Source: Colwellia sp.
Lineage (GTDB): Bacteria; Pseudomonadota; Gammaproteobacteria; Enterobacterales; Alteromonadaceae
Assembly: GCA_051531915.1 (NCBI GenBank)
Contig: JAOPTQ010000046.1
Coordinates: 81,923 to 145,922 of the forward strand
Length of the DNA stretch: 64,000 nucleotides
Direction: 5' to 3'
A program made the position numbers and the translations under genes. Position 1 is the stretch's first letter. Each line of letters opens with the position of its first letter. The notes under the pieces are model-generated. The model had not been told where the DNA came from. It saw only the letters and a program-made list of their open reading frames with translations, and did not search any database. Of the stretch, positions 18,197-27,004 are shown in pieces.

Positions 18197-20815
18197 CTAT
18201 AAATAAGGGTTAGGTGACAACGCTCGCACTTGTTCAAAGGTTGATGATGCCAGTGCTTTATCGGCAAGCGCGACACAATCGGCTTTTGTTAAAGTGCGAA
18301 TTTGTGCTTTAACTTCAGGAATTGAAGGTATAGAAACACTTAACTCATCAATACCCAAGCCAATTAAAATAGGAACAGCTTGTGGATCTCCAGCAAGACC
18401 ACCACAAATACCTGCCCATTTACCATACTTATGAGCAGCATCAGCCGTCATTTTAATTAAGCGCAGTACTGAAGGATGTAAGCCATCTGCTTTTGCGGCT
18501 AATTTAGGGTGACCGCGATCTATTGCCATAGTGTATTGCGATAAATCATTAGTGCCTATTGAAAAGAAGTCGACCTCTGCAGCAAATTGCTCAGCCAGTA
18601 GTGCCGCCGAAGGTACTTCAATCATAATACCTAGCGCAACAGGGGCTATATTTAATGCGGTTCGCTCCGCTTCAAAAATTGCTTTAGCTTCGCGCCATTC
18701 TTGTATATCGCCAACCATAGGAAACATAACATGTAAGTTGCCATGCAATGAAGCACGCAATAACGCACGAAGTTGGGTTCTTAACAGCTCGGGTTGCTCT
18801 AAACCTACGCGAATACCGCGCACACCTAAAAAGGGGTTTTCTTCTTCAGGTAAGGGTAAATACGCTAATGGCTTATCTCCACCAACATCTAAGGTGCGAA
18901 TAATCACTTTATCGGTCGGTTTTACCGCATCAAGTACCGCTTTATAGGCTTGATACTGTTCTTCTTCTGTTGGTGGGGTTGTTCTATCTAAAAAGATAAA
19001 TTCAGAGCGCAGTAAGCCTACCCCTTCTCCACCTAAGTTAGGTATATCAAGAGCTTCCGTTGGTTTGCCAACATTGCCAACGACCTCAATAGTGGCACCG
19101 TCATCAGTGGTTGCCTGTAGTTGACAAGCGGCTAACTCTTGCTCATGCCTACAACGCGTCTGTTCTTGGCGAATTTCAATTTGCGCTACATAGTCAGCGT
19201 CAGCATCAGTTTTTAAGGTGCCATTAGTGGCATCTAAAATAACCATAAGATCATTGTCTAACCTCATTATGCGCTTATCCATACCAACAATGGCAGGAAT
19301 ACCTAATGAGCGCGCTAAAATAGCAACATGGGAAGTTGCTCCGCCTAAAACAGTACAAAAGCCTTTAATGATAGAAGCATCTAAATTCGCCGTTATTGAC
19401 GGCGTTAAATCTTCAGCAACAAGGATCGCACCTTGCGGAAACTCGGTTTCTCTTATTTCAATGCCTAAAAGAATTGCCAATACACGCTTACCGACATCAA
19501 GTAAGTCATTAGCACGACCAGCAAGCACTTCACTTGATAGTTCTGATAATGCTTTTGCTTGAGCTTTATAACTATGTTGCCAAGCATAGGGCGCAGATTT
19601 TCCAAGATTTAATTGATGCTCGACTAAATCAATTAATTCAGGATCATCAAGTAACTCAAGGTGGGCAATAAAAATTGCCGCTTTTTCAGGATCTTCTTGA
19701 TGAAATTTACTGTAAAGGCGCTCAACAGCCAATTTACCTAAACGCAGTGCTTGCGTAAATATTTCTTGCTCTTGAGTTTTAAGAACAGCATATTCAACCA
19801 CATCAAATTGTTGTTCTTCAATTCTAAAAATTCGACCAATAGCAAGCCCGGCAGAAGCACTTGTTCCTTTTAACAAGCTAATATCGCCAATAGGCTCATC
19901 TGCAATTGCAAGTGTTGCTTGTTGTGCTTGGGTATTCTCACTATCACTCATTGCTTTAACTTTAACATCTGCATTGGTATCAATATCAGCAATAGTAACA
20001 GGCATACAACCTTCATCACCAAGACCAGATTCAACTTGTGGAACAATTTTAGCCAGTGCCGCTTTTGCATCACTGCCAGTGGCAACGATAATAATGCTAT
20101 CGCCATGAGTGCTATCAAGCTTTAATAAAGAGGTAACACTTTTCGCATTAGCGACTTTATCGCCTAGCTTCATTTCAATTTTAGCGGTAAATTCATTCGC
20201 TAATTGTACCAATACTGCGGCAGGTCTGGCATGTAACCCCGTTGGATTTGTTAAAGTAATAGGGTTTGAGCTCATTGAGTGCGAACTAAGGGGGGAGCTA
20301 ACAGAGTTATGCGCATCATTTTGTGCAAGTGAATCTTGAGTTTCATGCAGGTGAACACAACATAACGCATCACCTACCGCAATTTCATTATTCGCTACTA
20401 TGTCTATATGTTTGACTAAATCCATTGTTGAAACAACCATTTGCGTTAACAAATAGGGCGCTTTATTGGCAATAAGTTTCATATCAAACTCAATAAGTTT
20501 GTCACCTGCTTTTACGAGGTCACCACTGTTAACTTTGGTGGTAAAACCTTCACCATTAAGTTTTACTGTTTCAAGGCCAATATGAATAAGTACTTCAACA
20601 TCATTGTGGGTTTTAATGGTGAGCGCATGAGCGCTTTTGTGAATAAAAACTATTTCGCCATCACAAGGGGCATATAACATACCTTCAAGAGGGTCAATGG
20701 AAGTACCGTCACCCACCATTTTTTCGGCAAATACCGGATCAGGCACTGCTGCTAGCGGAATGACCATGCCACGTAAAGGGGCAACTAAGGTTAATTTTTT
20801 ATCTAAATTGCTCAT
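18197..20815 (-). CDS. PTS multiphosphoryl transfer protein: EIIA(Glc-type)-HPr-Enzyme I fusion
   Basis: The N-terminal EIIA-Glc block (VPDPVFAEKMVGDG...LIHIGLETVKLNGEGF), the HPr block (LTNPTGLHARPAAVLV) and the EI blocks (GGATSHVAILARSLGIPA, FFSIGTNDLSQY) are all present. Confidence 0.9.
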   Translation of the reverse strand: MSNLDKKLTLVAPLRGMVIPLAAVPDPVFAEKMVGDGTSIDPLEGMLYAPCDGEIVFIHKSAHALTIKTHNDVEVLIHIGLETVKLNGEGFTTKVNSGDLVKAGDKLIEFDMKLIANKAPYLLTQMVVSTMDLVKHIDIVANNEIAVGDALCCVHLHETQDSLAQNDAHNSVSSPLSSHSMSSNPITLTNPTGLHARPAAVLVQLANEFTAKIEMKLGDKVANAKSVTSLLKLDSTHGDSIIIVATGSDAKAALAKIVPQVESGLGDEGCMPVTIADIDTNADVKVKAMSDSENTQAQQATLAIADEPIGDISLLKGTSASAGLAIGRIFRIEEQQFDVVEYAVLKTQEQEIFTQALRLGKLAVERLYSKFHQEDPEKAAIFIAHLELLDDPELIDLVEHQLNLGKSAPYAWQHSYKAQAKALSELSSEVLAGRANDLLDVGKRVLAILLGIEIRETEFPQGAILVAEDLTPSITANLDASIIKGFCTVLGGATSHVAILARSLGIPAIVGMDKRIMRLDNDLMVILDATNGTLKTDADADYVAQIEIRQEQTRCRHEQELAACQLQATTDDGATIEVVGNVGKPTEALDIPNLGGEGVGLLRSEFIFLDRTTPPTEEEQYQAYKAVLDAVKPTDKVIIRTLDVGGDKPLAYLPLPEEENPFLGVRGIRVGLEQPELLRTQLRALLRASLHGNLHVMFPMVGDIQEWREAKAIFEAERTALNIAPVALGIMIEVPSAALLAEQFAAEVDFFSIGTNDLSQYTMAIDRGHPKLAAKADGLHPSVLRLIKMTADAAHKYGKWAGICGGLAGDPQAVPILIGLGIDELSVSIPSIPEVKAQIRTLTKADCVALADKALASSTFEQVRALSPNPYL

Positions 20816-20856
20816 ATATTTTCCAAACTTATCAGTATGACTGGTTTATTTTATGG

Positions 20857-22620
20857 TTATGCTAATTTGCGAAACTCATCGGCAACAAATTCTACTTCAG
20901 TACCAACGATTACTTGTGCCGTTGTTTTATTCAGAATTAAAACACCCGCAGTAATTTTGGTTAAAGCGGTTTTGTCAATTAACGAACTGTCGACTACATC
21001 AAGGCGAAGGCGAGTAATACAGTTGTCTATCGCTGTTATATTTTCTTTGCCGCCGAGTAAAGGCAAAATAGCCGCCGCTAATTCTGCATGAGAACTAATG
21101 TTAACTTTTTCTAACGTGGCTTTATTACTGCTGTTAATTGGTGATTTTTTGGCCGAAGTACCCATTGTGCCGGTAGTATGCAAGGTGAGTGCATCGGCAA
21201 TAAAAGCCGCTTGAGTGCCAATCACCAGTTGTGCAGAAGTGTTATCTAACGTTAAAAAACCAGGTATAAGGTTGTTTAATGTTGCTTCATTAAAATGGTT
21301 TGTGTCTTTAACATGTAAATGAATGCGAGAAATATCAGCGTTAACCTTGATAATATTTTCTTTACCTCCTAGCAAAGGTAATAGATCAGCTGCAAGTTTT
21401 ACCTGGTTTTCGTTCACTCGAACTAACGCTTCTTCGTCATCCTCGCGACCGGGGGTTTTCATTTTAAATTTAACAATTAAAAAAGTAAAACTAAAATAAT
21501 AAAGTGCAAAAAAAACAATGCCTTGAGCAATCAACATATACCAATTAACGGCAAGAGGATTTTTAGCGGAAAGCACAAAATCGACAAAACCAGCACTAAA
21601 GCCAAAACCAGATATCCACTGCATTTTGGCGGCAATAGCTAAAGAAATACCACTAAAAACAGCATGTAAAAAATATAATGGTGGCGCTAAAAACATAAAA
21701 GAAAATTCAAGCGGTTCCGTAACGCCGGTGAAAAATGAGGCAAAACCGGCGGCAATCATGATAGAAGATATTTTTGCCCTATTTTCAGATTTAGCCGTTT
21801 TAATAAACGCGAGCGCAGCCCCTAATAAACCAAACATCATAATGGGGAAGAAACCCGCTTGGTATATTCCCACAACCCCCTTAATAGACTCACCTTGTTC
21901 TGCAATGGTTTTTGCACCGGCTAGAAAATAAGGAATATCATTAATACCGGCAACATCAAACCAAAAAACTGAATTTAGCGCGTGATGAAGTCCAAAAGGG
22001 ATTAATATACGATTGGTAAAACCAAAGATACCAGCTCCGGTAGCACCAAGCCCTTGCACGGACTCACCAAAGGTAACTAAAGTGCCGAAAATAGCGGGCC
22101 AAACATAAAGTAGGATAAATGATAAAGCAATCATGGCAAATGACATGATAATAGGAACTAAGCGTTTACCGCTAAAAAAAGACAGCGCTTTATGGAGTTG
22201 AACTTTATGGAATCGATTATAAAGTTCAGCGCCAATAACGCCGACAACAATACCAATAAATTGATTATTTATTTTGTAAAAAGCCGCAGACACTTCTGTT
22301 ATTTCAATGCTTTGTAACATGGAAACACTCGTAGGCGACAGTAACGTTGTTACTACTTGAAAGCCAACAAGGCCGGTTAATGCTGCAGAGCCATTTTTGT
22401 CGGTAGACATGCCAAAAGCAATACCAATAGCAAATAGCATTGACATATTGTCAATGATTGCTGAGCCTGAGTTAATCATTAAGGCAGCAATCATACTATT
22501 AGTACCCCAACCTGTTGGGTCAATCCAGTAGCCAATACCCATTAAAATGGCTGCAGCGGGTAAAATAGCCACTGGGATCATGAGTGCGCGACCAATTTTT
22601 TGCAGGTAAGAAAACACCAT
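20857..22620 (-). CDS. PTS glucose/N-acetylglucosamine-family EIIC with two tandem EIIB domains
   Basis: The EIIC N-terminus MVFSYLQKIGRALMIPVAILPAAAILMGIGYW is PtsG/NagE-like. C-terminal repeats are LLPLLGGKENIIKVNADISRIHLHV and LLPLLGGKENITAIDNCITRLRLDV. Confidence 0.9.
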   Translation of the reverse strand: MVFSYLQKIGRALMIPVAILPAAAILMGIGYWIDPTGWGTNSMIAALMINSGSAIIDNMSMLFAIGIAFGMSTDKNGSAALTGLVGFQVVTTLLSPTSVSMLQSIEITEVSAAFYKINNQFIGIVVGVIGAELYNRFHKVQLHKALSFFSGKRLVPIIMSFAMIALSFILLYVWPAIFGTLVTFGESVQGLGATGAGIFGFTNRILIPFGLHHALNSVFWFDVAGINDIPYFLAGAKTIAEQGESIKGVVGIYQAGFFPIMMFGLLGAALAFIKTAKSENRAKISSIMIAAGFASFFTGVTEPLEFSFMFLAPPLYFLHAVFSGISLAIAAKMQWISGFGFSAGFVDFVLSAKNPLAVNWYMLIAQGIVFFALYYFSFTFLIVKFKMKTPGREDDEEALVRVNENQVKLAADLLPLLGGKENIIKVNADISRIHLHVKDTNHFNEATLNNLIPGFLTLDNTSAQLVIGTQAAFIADALTLHTTGTMGTSAKKSPINSSNKATLEKVNISSHAELAAAILPLLGGKENITAIDNCITRLRLDVVDSSLIDKTALTKITAGVLILNKTTAQVIVGTEVEFVADEFRKLA

Positions 22621-22716
22621 GTTTCTCCTTATTTAATATTCAAACGTGAATCAAAAAAGCTTGTTTGAATCTATAATTTACGTTAAATGAAAACTGAACA
22701 AATTTCATTCTACATC

Positions 22717-22746
22717 AAAAATGACAGCGTTGTCATTTTTTATTTT
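22717..22746. terminator. AT-rich palindrome, possibly a bidirectional terminator or operator between the cysG-like and PTS genes
   Basis: AAAAATGACA-gcgt-TGTCATTTTT followed by TATTTT. It lies 64 nt downstream of the cysG-like stop and ~100 nt upstream of the PTS EIICB start. Confidence 0.4.
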
Positions 22747-22803
22747 GAATAATATTAACAAGTAGAAATGATCACAGCGTTATTGGGATTGATATTAACT
22801 ATC

Positions 22804-23769
22804 TTAACAACCGCTAACGATCTCTTTAGTGACGATGCCACTCATTGCAAGCGCTTCATTTATTGGTAATTCGTTATTGCCCGCCAATAAGTAAATCACT
22901 TTTTTTCCTTGTTGCGCCAACTCTAATACATGTTGATAATTAATTAATATATTTGAGCTAATACATTGAGGAAATTTTTCTGCATCACGGCGTATATATT
23001 CTATCAAATTGACATTGACAGCCTCATCGTAAAAAACTGCGTCGGTAAACTGCATAGCTCTGTGGGCGTTCAATGTTAAGTTGTCTGGGTTGCCATCTTG
23101 GGTATGAATAAAGACAATCTCCCCTGAAGGTGGTGCTATTTCTTGTTTAATACTGGCAATTAATTGTTGCTCAGCGTGTTGTTGATTACCGTCAAGAATC
23201 GCTTGACCAATAGGGCCTCTTAAGGTGTTCTCCCAAAAACTTCGTCTGTTACGTAAGCCTTTTACCCGCGCTTTAACATGATCGCGAAATTTATGAGAAA
23301 AGCGGGCCAGTTTTCCATAGTCTTGCGGCAGCATTTTTTCAATTTGCTCGCGTAACATACGAATAAGAATAGGTGAACTTCCTGAACTAGATAGCGCAAT
23401 AATCATTGGGCTTCTATCAATAATTGCCGGCGTAATATAAGTACAAAGCTCAGGCTGATCTACCACGTTGACTAAAATATTAAGCGCCGTTGCTTCAGTC
23501 GATATCTTTTTATTCACTGTTATGTTATCGGTTGCGGCAATAACTAAGGTGGCATTAGCTAATTGACCCGTTTGGTAGTTATGTTGTTGCCATGTTAATT
23601 GATGAACCGAAATTAAGCGCGCCACGGTATTACAGGTATGCTCTGCTATTACCGTAATATTAGTTGTTGATTTTAATAGTAATTCAATTTTTCGCGCGGC
23701 AACATCGCCACCACCAACAACAATAGCCGATATTTTGTTTGCATCGAGAAAAACAGGAAAATATTTCAT
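22804..23769 (-). CDS. CysG-like precorrin-2 dehydrogenase/sirohydrochlorin ferrochelatase with a truncated, degenerate methylase remnant
   Basis: The N-terminal 200 aa align to E. coli CysG (VVGGGDVAARKIELLL, ATDNITVNKKIS, NVVDQPELCTYITPAIIDRSPMIIALSSSGSSPILIRMLREQIE). The C-terminal ~110 aa align to the first half of the SUMT domain only, with GAGPGD replaced by HTQDGNPD and GGDPFIFG replaced by AGNNELPI. Confidence 0.8.
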   Translation of the reverse strand: MKYFPVFLDANKISAIVVGGGDVAARKIELLLKSTTNITVIAEHTCNTVARLISVHQLTWQQHNYQTGQLANATLVIAATDNITVNKKISTEATALNILVNVVDQPELCTYITPAIIDRSPMIIALSSSGSSPILIRMLREQIEKMLPQDYGKLARFSHKFRDHVKARVKGLRNRRSFWENTLRGPIGQAILDGNQQHAEQQLIASIKQEIAPPSGEIVFIHTQDGNPDNLTLNAHRAMQFTDAVFYDEAVNVNLIEYIRRDAEKFPQCISSNILINYQHVLELAQQGKKVIYLLAGNNELPINEALAMSGIVTKEIVSGC

Positions 23770-23997
23770 GGCATCGCCTTATATAGGAATAATATACCCA
23801 AACCACTCCTAGCTGAATCCTGCATCTTCAAGTGAAACGGGTATATAATGCTATCACGATCAAATACCTAAAACCTCGTTAATTGCTTATCTCTTGTTAG
23901 GTTATTTAATTAATTTGTTCCTACTTTAACTTCAATGAATGGTAAACTATCAAGTTATATTATTTTGTTTATAGTAAACATTGATAGAGAATGAAAA

Positions 23998-24903
23998 ATG
24001 CCTTGGATACAACTTAGATTAAGTGCAGATGAAGATAGCGCTGAAAAATACAGTGATTGGTTATCGGCTTGCGGTGCTCAAGCGGTTACTTTTATTGACG
24101 CGCAAGACACGCCTATTTATGAACCACTACCGGGCGATGAGGTGATTTATTGGTCAAATACCGTGGTAATGGGCTTATATGATGCCAGTCATGATATGGA
24201 TAAAGTGATTAGTTATTTACAAGGCATTCACCCTGACAAAGCGAATATGCACTACAAGTTAGAACAATTAGAAGATAAAGATTGGGAACGTGAGTGGATG
24301 GATAACTTTCATCCGATGAAATTTGGCGAACGTTTGTGGGTTTGTCCAAGTTGGCGTGAAGTGCCAGATCCTACCGCGGTTAATGTTATGTTAGATCCCG
24401 GACTTGCTTTTGGTACAGGTACACACCCCACAACAGCCTTGTGTTTAACTTGGCTTGATGGTTTAGATTTACAAGGTAAAACCGTGGTTGATTTTGGTTG
24501 CGGATCTGGAATTTTATCTTTAGCCGCGCTTAAATTAGGCGCGAAAAAAGTTATTGGTATTGATATTGACCCGCAAGCATTACAGGCCAGTTTAGCGAAT
24601 GCTAAGCGTAATAAGGTTGATGACCGATTGGCGTTATATTTACCGAAAGATTTACCACAACATTTATCACCAGAAAAATCAGCAATGAAAGCAGATGTTG
24701 TGGTGGCTAATATTTTAGCAGGGCCACTGCGTGAGTTAGCACCTACTATTATGGAATTTGTCGGTGATAAAGGCTTGTTAGCATTATCAGGTGTGTTAGA
24801 AGAGCAAGCGCAAACGTTACAAACACTGTATGGTCAATGGTGCGATATGAAGCCTGTTACGGTGCAAGAAGAATGGGTTCGTTTGAATGGACAACGGAAG
24901 TAG
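23998..24903 (+). CDS. prmA: Ribosomal protein L11 methyltransferase
   Basis: MPWIQLRL..., [33 protein letters not shown]. Confidence 0.95.
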   Translation: MPWIQLRLSADEDSAEKYSDWLSACGAQAVTFIDAQDTPIYEPLPGDEVIYWSNTVVMGLYDASHDMDKVISYLQGIHPDKANMHYKLEQLEDKDWEREWMDNFHPMKFGERLWVCPSWREVPDPTAVNVMLDPGLAFGTGTHPTTALCLTWLDGLDLQGKTVVDFGCGSGILSLAALKLGAKKVIGIDIDPQALQASLANAKRNKVDDRLALYLPKDLPQHLSPEKSAMKADVVVANILAGPLRELAPTIMEFVGDKGLLALSGVLEEQAQTLQTLYGQWCDMKPVTVQEEWVRLNGQRK

Positions 24904-25030
24904 TTTTTAGCCATGTTATTGTTAAATGTTGCCGAATAAACCCTTCTTTAGGGCTCTACACAAACGCCCATACTTGTGAAGCTCACTTTTATCACTGCTA
25001 TTAACTATTTTTATATTAATCAATCTATTA

Positions 25031-25168
25031 CATGCCTATTTAGATGGATCAGGAGTCAGTTGTAATCGTCATCTTCGAGATGTGTTAATCGAAGATCTAG
25101 GTGTTTTTATACTTAGCTTCCCGATTAAAACACCACGGGAATGACTAACCAGAGCGATGCGCGATGCA
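25031..25168 (+). repeat. MITE-like palindromic element, copy 3
   Basis: CATGCCTATTTAGATGGATCAGG...GTCATCTTCGAGATGTGTTAATCGAAGATCTAGGTGTTTTTATACTTAGCTTCCCGATTAAAACACCACGGGAATGAC... Confidence 0.8.
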
Positions 25169-25237
25169 TTATCATTTAAGTGATAGTATTTTGGCACGAG
25201 AGACTCGTATTTTATAAAATAAAAATTGACGCGGCTG

Positions 25238-26059
25238 TTATAACACTAGCGTCAATATTGGTTTTTCCTTAAGCGGAAATTCTTGCTTATCTAATGCGGC
25301 TAACTTATCTAATATCGCTTGGTTTGGTTTCATCTTCTCGCTGGGCGGTATCACTAAAGTGGTGTGCATAAATAATTCAGCATCAATTAAATCAACCAAC
25401 TCGATATGTTCAGCGCGCATAGTTTCTATGGGTAACACTTTAGCTTGATACAAAATCACTTGATGATCAGCAGGGTAGTTTTCAAGTAATAAATTGACTA
25501 ATACTTGCCGGTAAGCTTTTCCTGTTGAGAACTTAGCAATTGATTTATCGCCAGCTAAGCCGACTTGCCATAAAATAAGGTGAGCTGAAGGGTCAACATT
25601 TCGTTTATAAAACATAAATTGACTTGCTTCATAATGCGCACAGCCGGTAGTACCAGGGTCAATGCCTAAATCAGCAAATAAACAATCTTCTGCAGAAATA
25701 CCGGGTTCCATGTGAGCATTAATGTTTTCAAGTTTTGCTTGCTTAATGGCCTTATGTGCTACACAGGCAAAGACACCGGGATGACCGTAAAAAGCCCCTA
25801 CCACTTTTTTACCGGCACGTACTTCAGTTAATAAAGCTTCTACCATTTCTCGGTAAGTAATATTTCTATTTTTACCTTCTTGATAATAGCATTGTAAACT
25901 ACGCACATCGTGATGCATTTCATCAATCCAACGCTCAGTAATACCACTAGACATTAAAGAAAAAACAACATCAGCTTGCTCGATGTGACTTTTTGCTATT
26001 GGGCTTATATGGGCACCTAAGGTCATGCCGGTACCAACACAAACTAAACTTGCTGACAT
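25238..26059 (-). CDS. Tetrapyrrole-methylase-fold SAM methyltransferase of the borosin (OphMA/SonM-like) peptide backbone alpha-N-methyltransferase type
   Basis: SLVCVGTGM, ADVVFSL, YYQEGKNRNITYREMVE, KVVGAFYGHPGVFACVAH, MEPGISAEDCLFADLGIDPG, HYEASQFMF, LILWQVG and LVIPPSEK follow the block order I recall for SonM and the OphMA methyltransferase domain. It lacks the GAGPGD and GGDP motifs of SUMT. Confidence 0.7.
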   Translation of the reverse strand: MSASLVCVGTGMTLGAHISPIAKSHIEQADVVFSLMSSGITERWIDEMHHDVRSLQCYYQEGKNRNITYREMVEALLTEVRAGKKVVGAFYGHPGVFACVAHKAIKQAKLENINAHMEPGISAEDCLFADLGIDPGTTGCAHYEASQFMFYKRNVDPSAHLILWQVGLAGDKSIAKFSTGKAYRQVLVNLLLENYPADHQVILYQAKVLPIETMRAEHIELVDLIDAELFMHTTLVIPPSEKMKPNQAILDKLAALDKQEFPLKEKPILTLVL

Positions 26060-26113
26060 GTAATGTAGTCCTTGTTATCAATTTGCTATGATTTTCTATT
26101 ACGCAAGTACTTA

Positions 26114-26686
26114 TTACTCGTTAATAAGTACTTGCGTAATGATTTGTTGTTGCCATTGTTCTTTGCGGCAGTATTCAAAATAATCGGTTGACTCTTTTGA
26201 TTGTAATTCGGGATTAAAGACAAAACCAAGCTTTTTTATAAAACGTTTTGTCGCCAAATTCTTCTTGGCATAAAAAGCATTAATTTGTTTCACCAATAAA
26301 TAATGAAAAGCATACTCTATTAACGCACCCATTGCCTCTTCTGGAAAAAGCTGACCATTGGCTGTTGTTAATAACATAATACCAATGTCAGCTGCATTAA
26401 TCTCAGGGGTATGAAAGTGTTCATTTTTAGTATTGCGCCAATGCAATGCTTGAATGCCAATAGGTTTATTATCAGATAAAGAAATTATTACCCAAGTTAT
26501 TATACTGGGTTTTGGTTTTTTCATTATTGTTAAGGTGCGATTAAAAGCCGCTTTTGCCTTTTTTTCACTAAGCGTGCAACCAATACTTCGCATCACTTTA
26601 TTATCAGTATAAAGGCTGACATATAATGCTTCATCTTGTTTGGTTAAGGGTTTAATTAATAATCGTTCAGTGGTAAAGCGGTGCAT
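26114..26686 (-). CDS. GNAT (RimJ/RimL-type, Acetyltransf_3-like) N-acetyltransferase
   Basis: The N-terminal TERLLIKPLTKQD is typical of the RimJ/RimL subfamily. C-terminal AFYAKKNLATKRFIKKLGF. It lies 54 nt upstream of the methyltransferase on the same strand. Confidence 0.7.
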   Translation of the reverse strand: MHRFTTERLLIKPLTKQDEALYVSLYTDNKVMRSIGCTLSEKKAKAAFNRTLTIMKKPKPSIITWVIISLSDNKPIGIQALHWRNTKNEHFHTPEINAADIGIMLLTTANGQLFPEEAMGALIEYAFHYLLVKQINAFYAKKNLATKRFIKKLGFVFNPELQSKESTDYFEYCRKEQWQQQIITQVLINE

Positions 26687-27004
26687 ATTATGTATTCTTC
26701 ATTATTTCTCTGGGGTACTTTGGTAACATACACTAAATGTCTGATAAAAAGTGGCATAAACCACATTAATTATTTCAATAGCGATGTATCAAACGGTTAA
26801 TGAATTGTACGAAAACTAGTCGCATTAAAGATTTGGCAAAAGTCAATATCAAAAACATGAAAAAAATCAAAGTTTGTTCAAATTCTATGCTTTTCAAGTG
26901 CTCAAAAAACACGTAAACTGAGCGCCCTTTTAGCAGGTAGCTTAAAAAATAATCAGTGTTAACGTAGTCAGTATTAAAGTAATCAGTTTAAAAAAGTAAA
27001 TATC

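Noticed and set aside
25125-25175. A 16-codon minus-strand ORF (MIMHRASLWLVIPVVF) downstream of the borosin-like methyltransferase, considered as a possible hydrophobic precursor peptide.
   Set aside because: It lies entirely inside the MITE copy, and the same sequence recurs in the other copies. It has no RBS and is much shorter than known SonA-type precursors, which need a methyltransferase-binding domain.
25185-25215. A sigma-54-like TGGCAC box and a small hairpin (ACGAG-aga-CTCGT) downstream of the methyltransferase.
   Set aside because: The TTGC element at the required spacing is missing, and the hairpin is only 5 bp. Neither feature can be supported.
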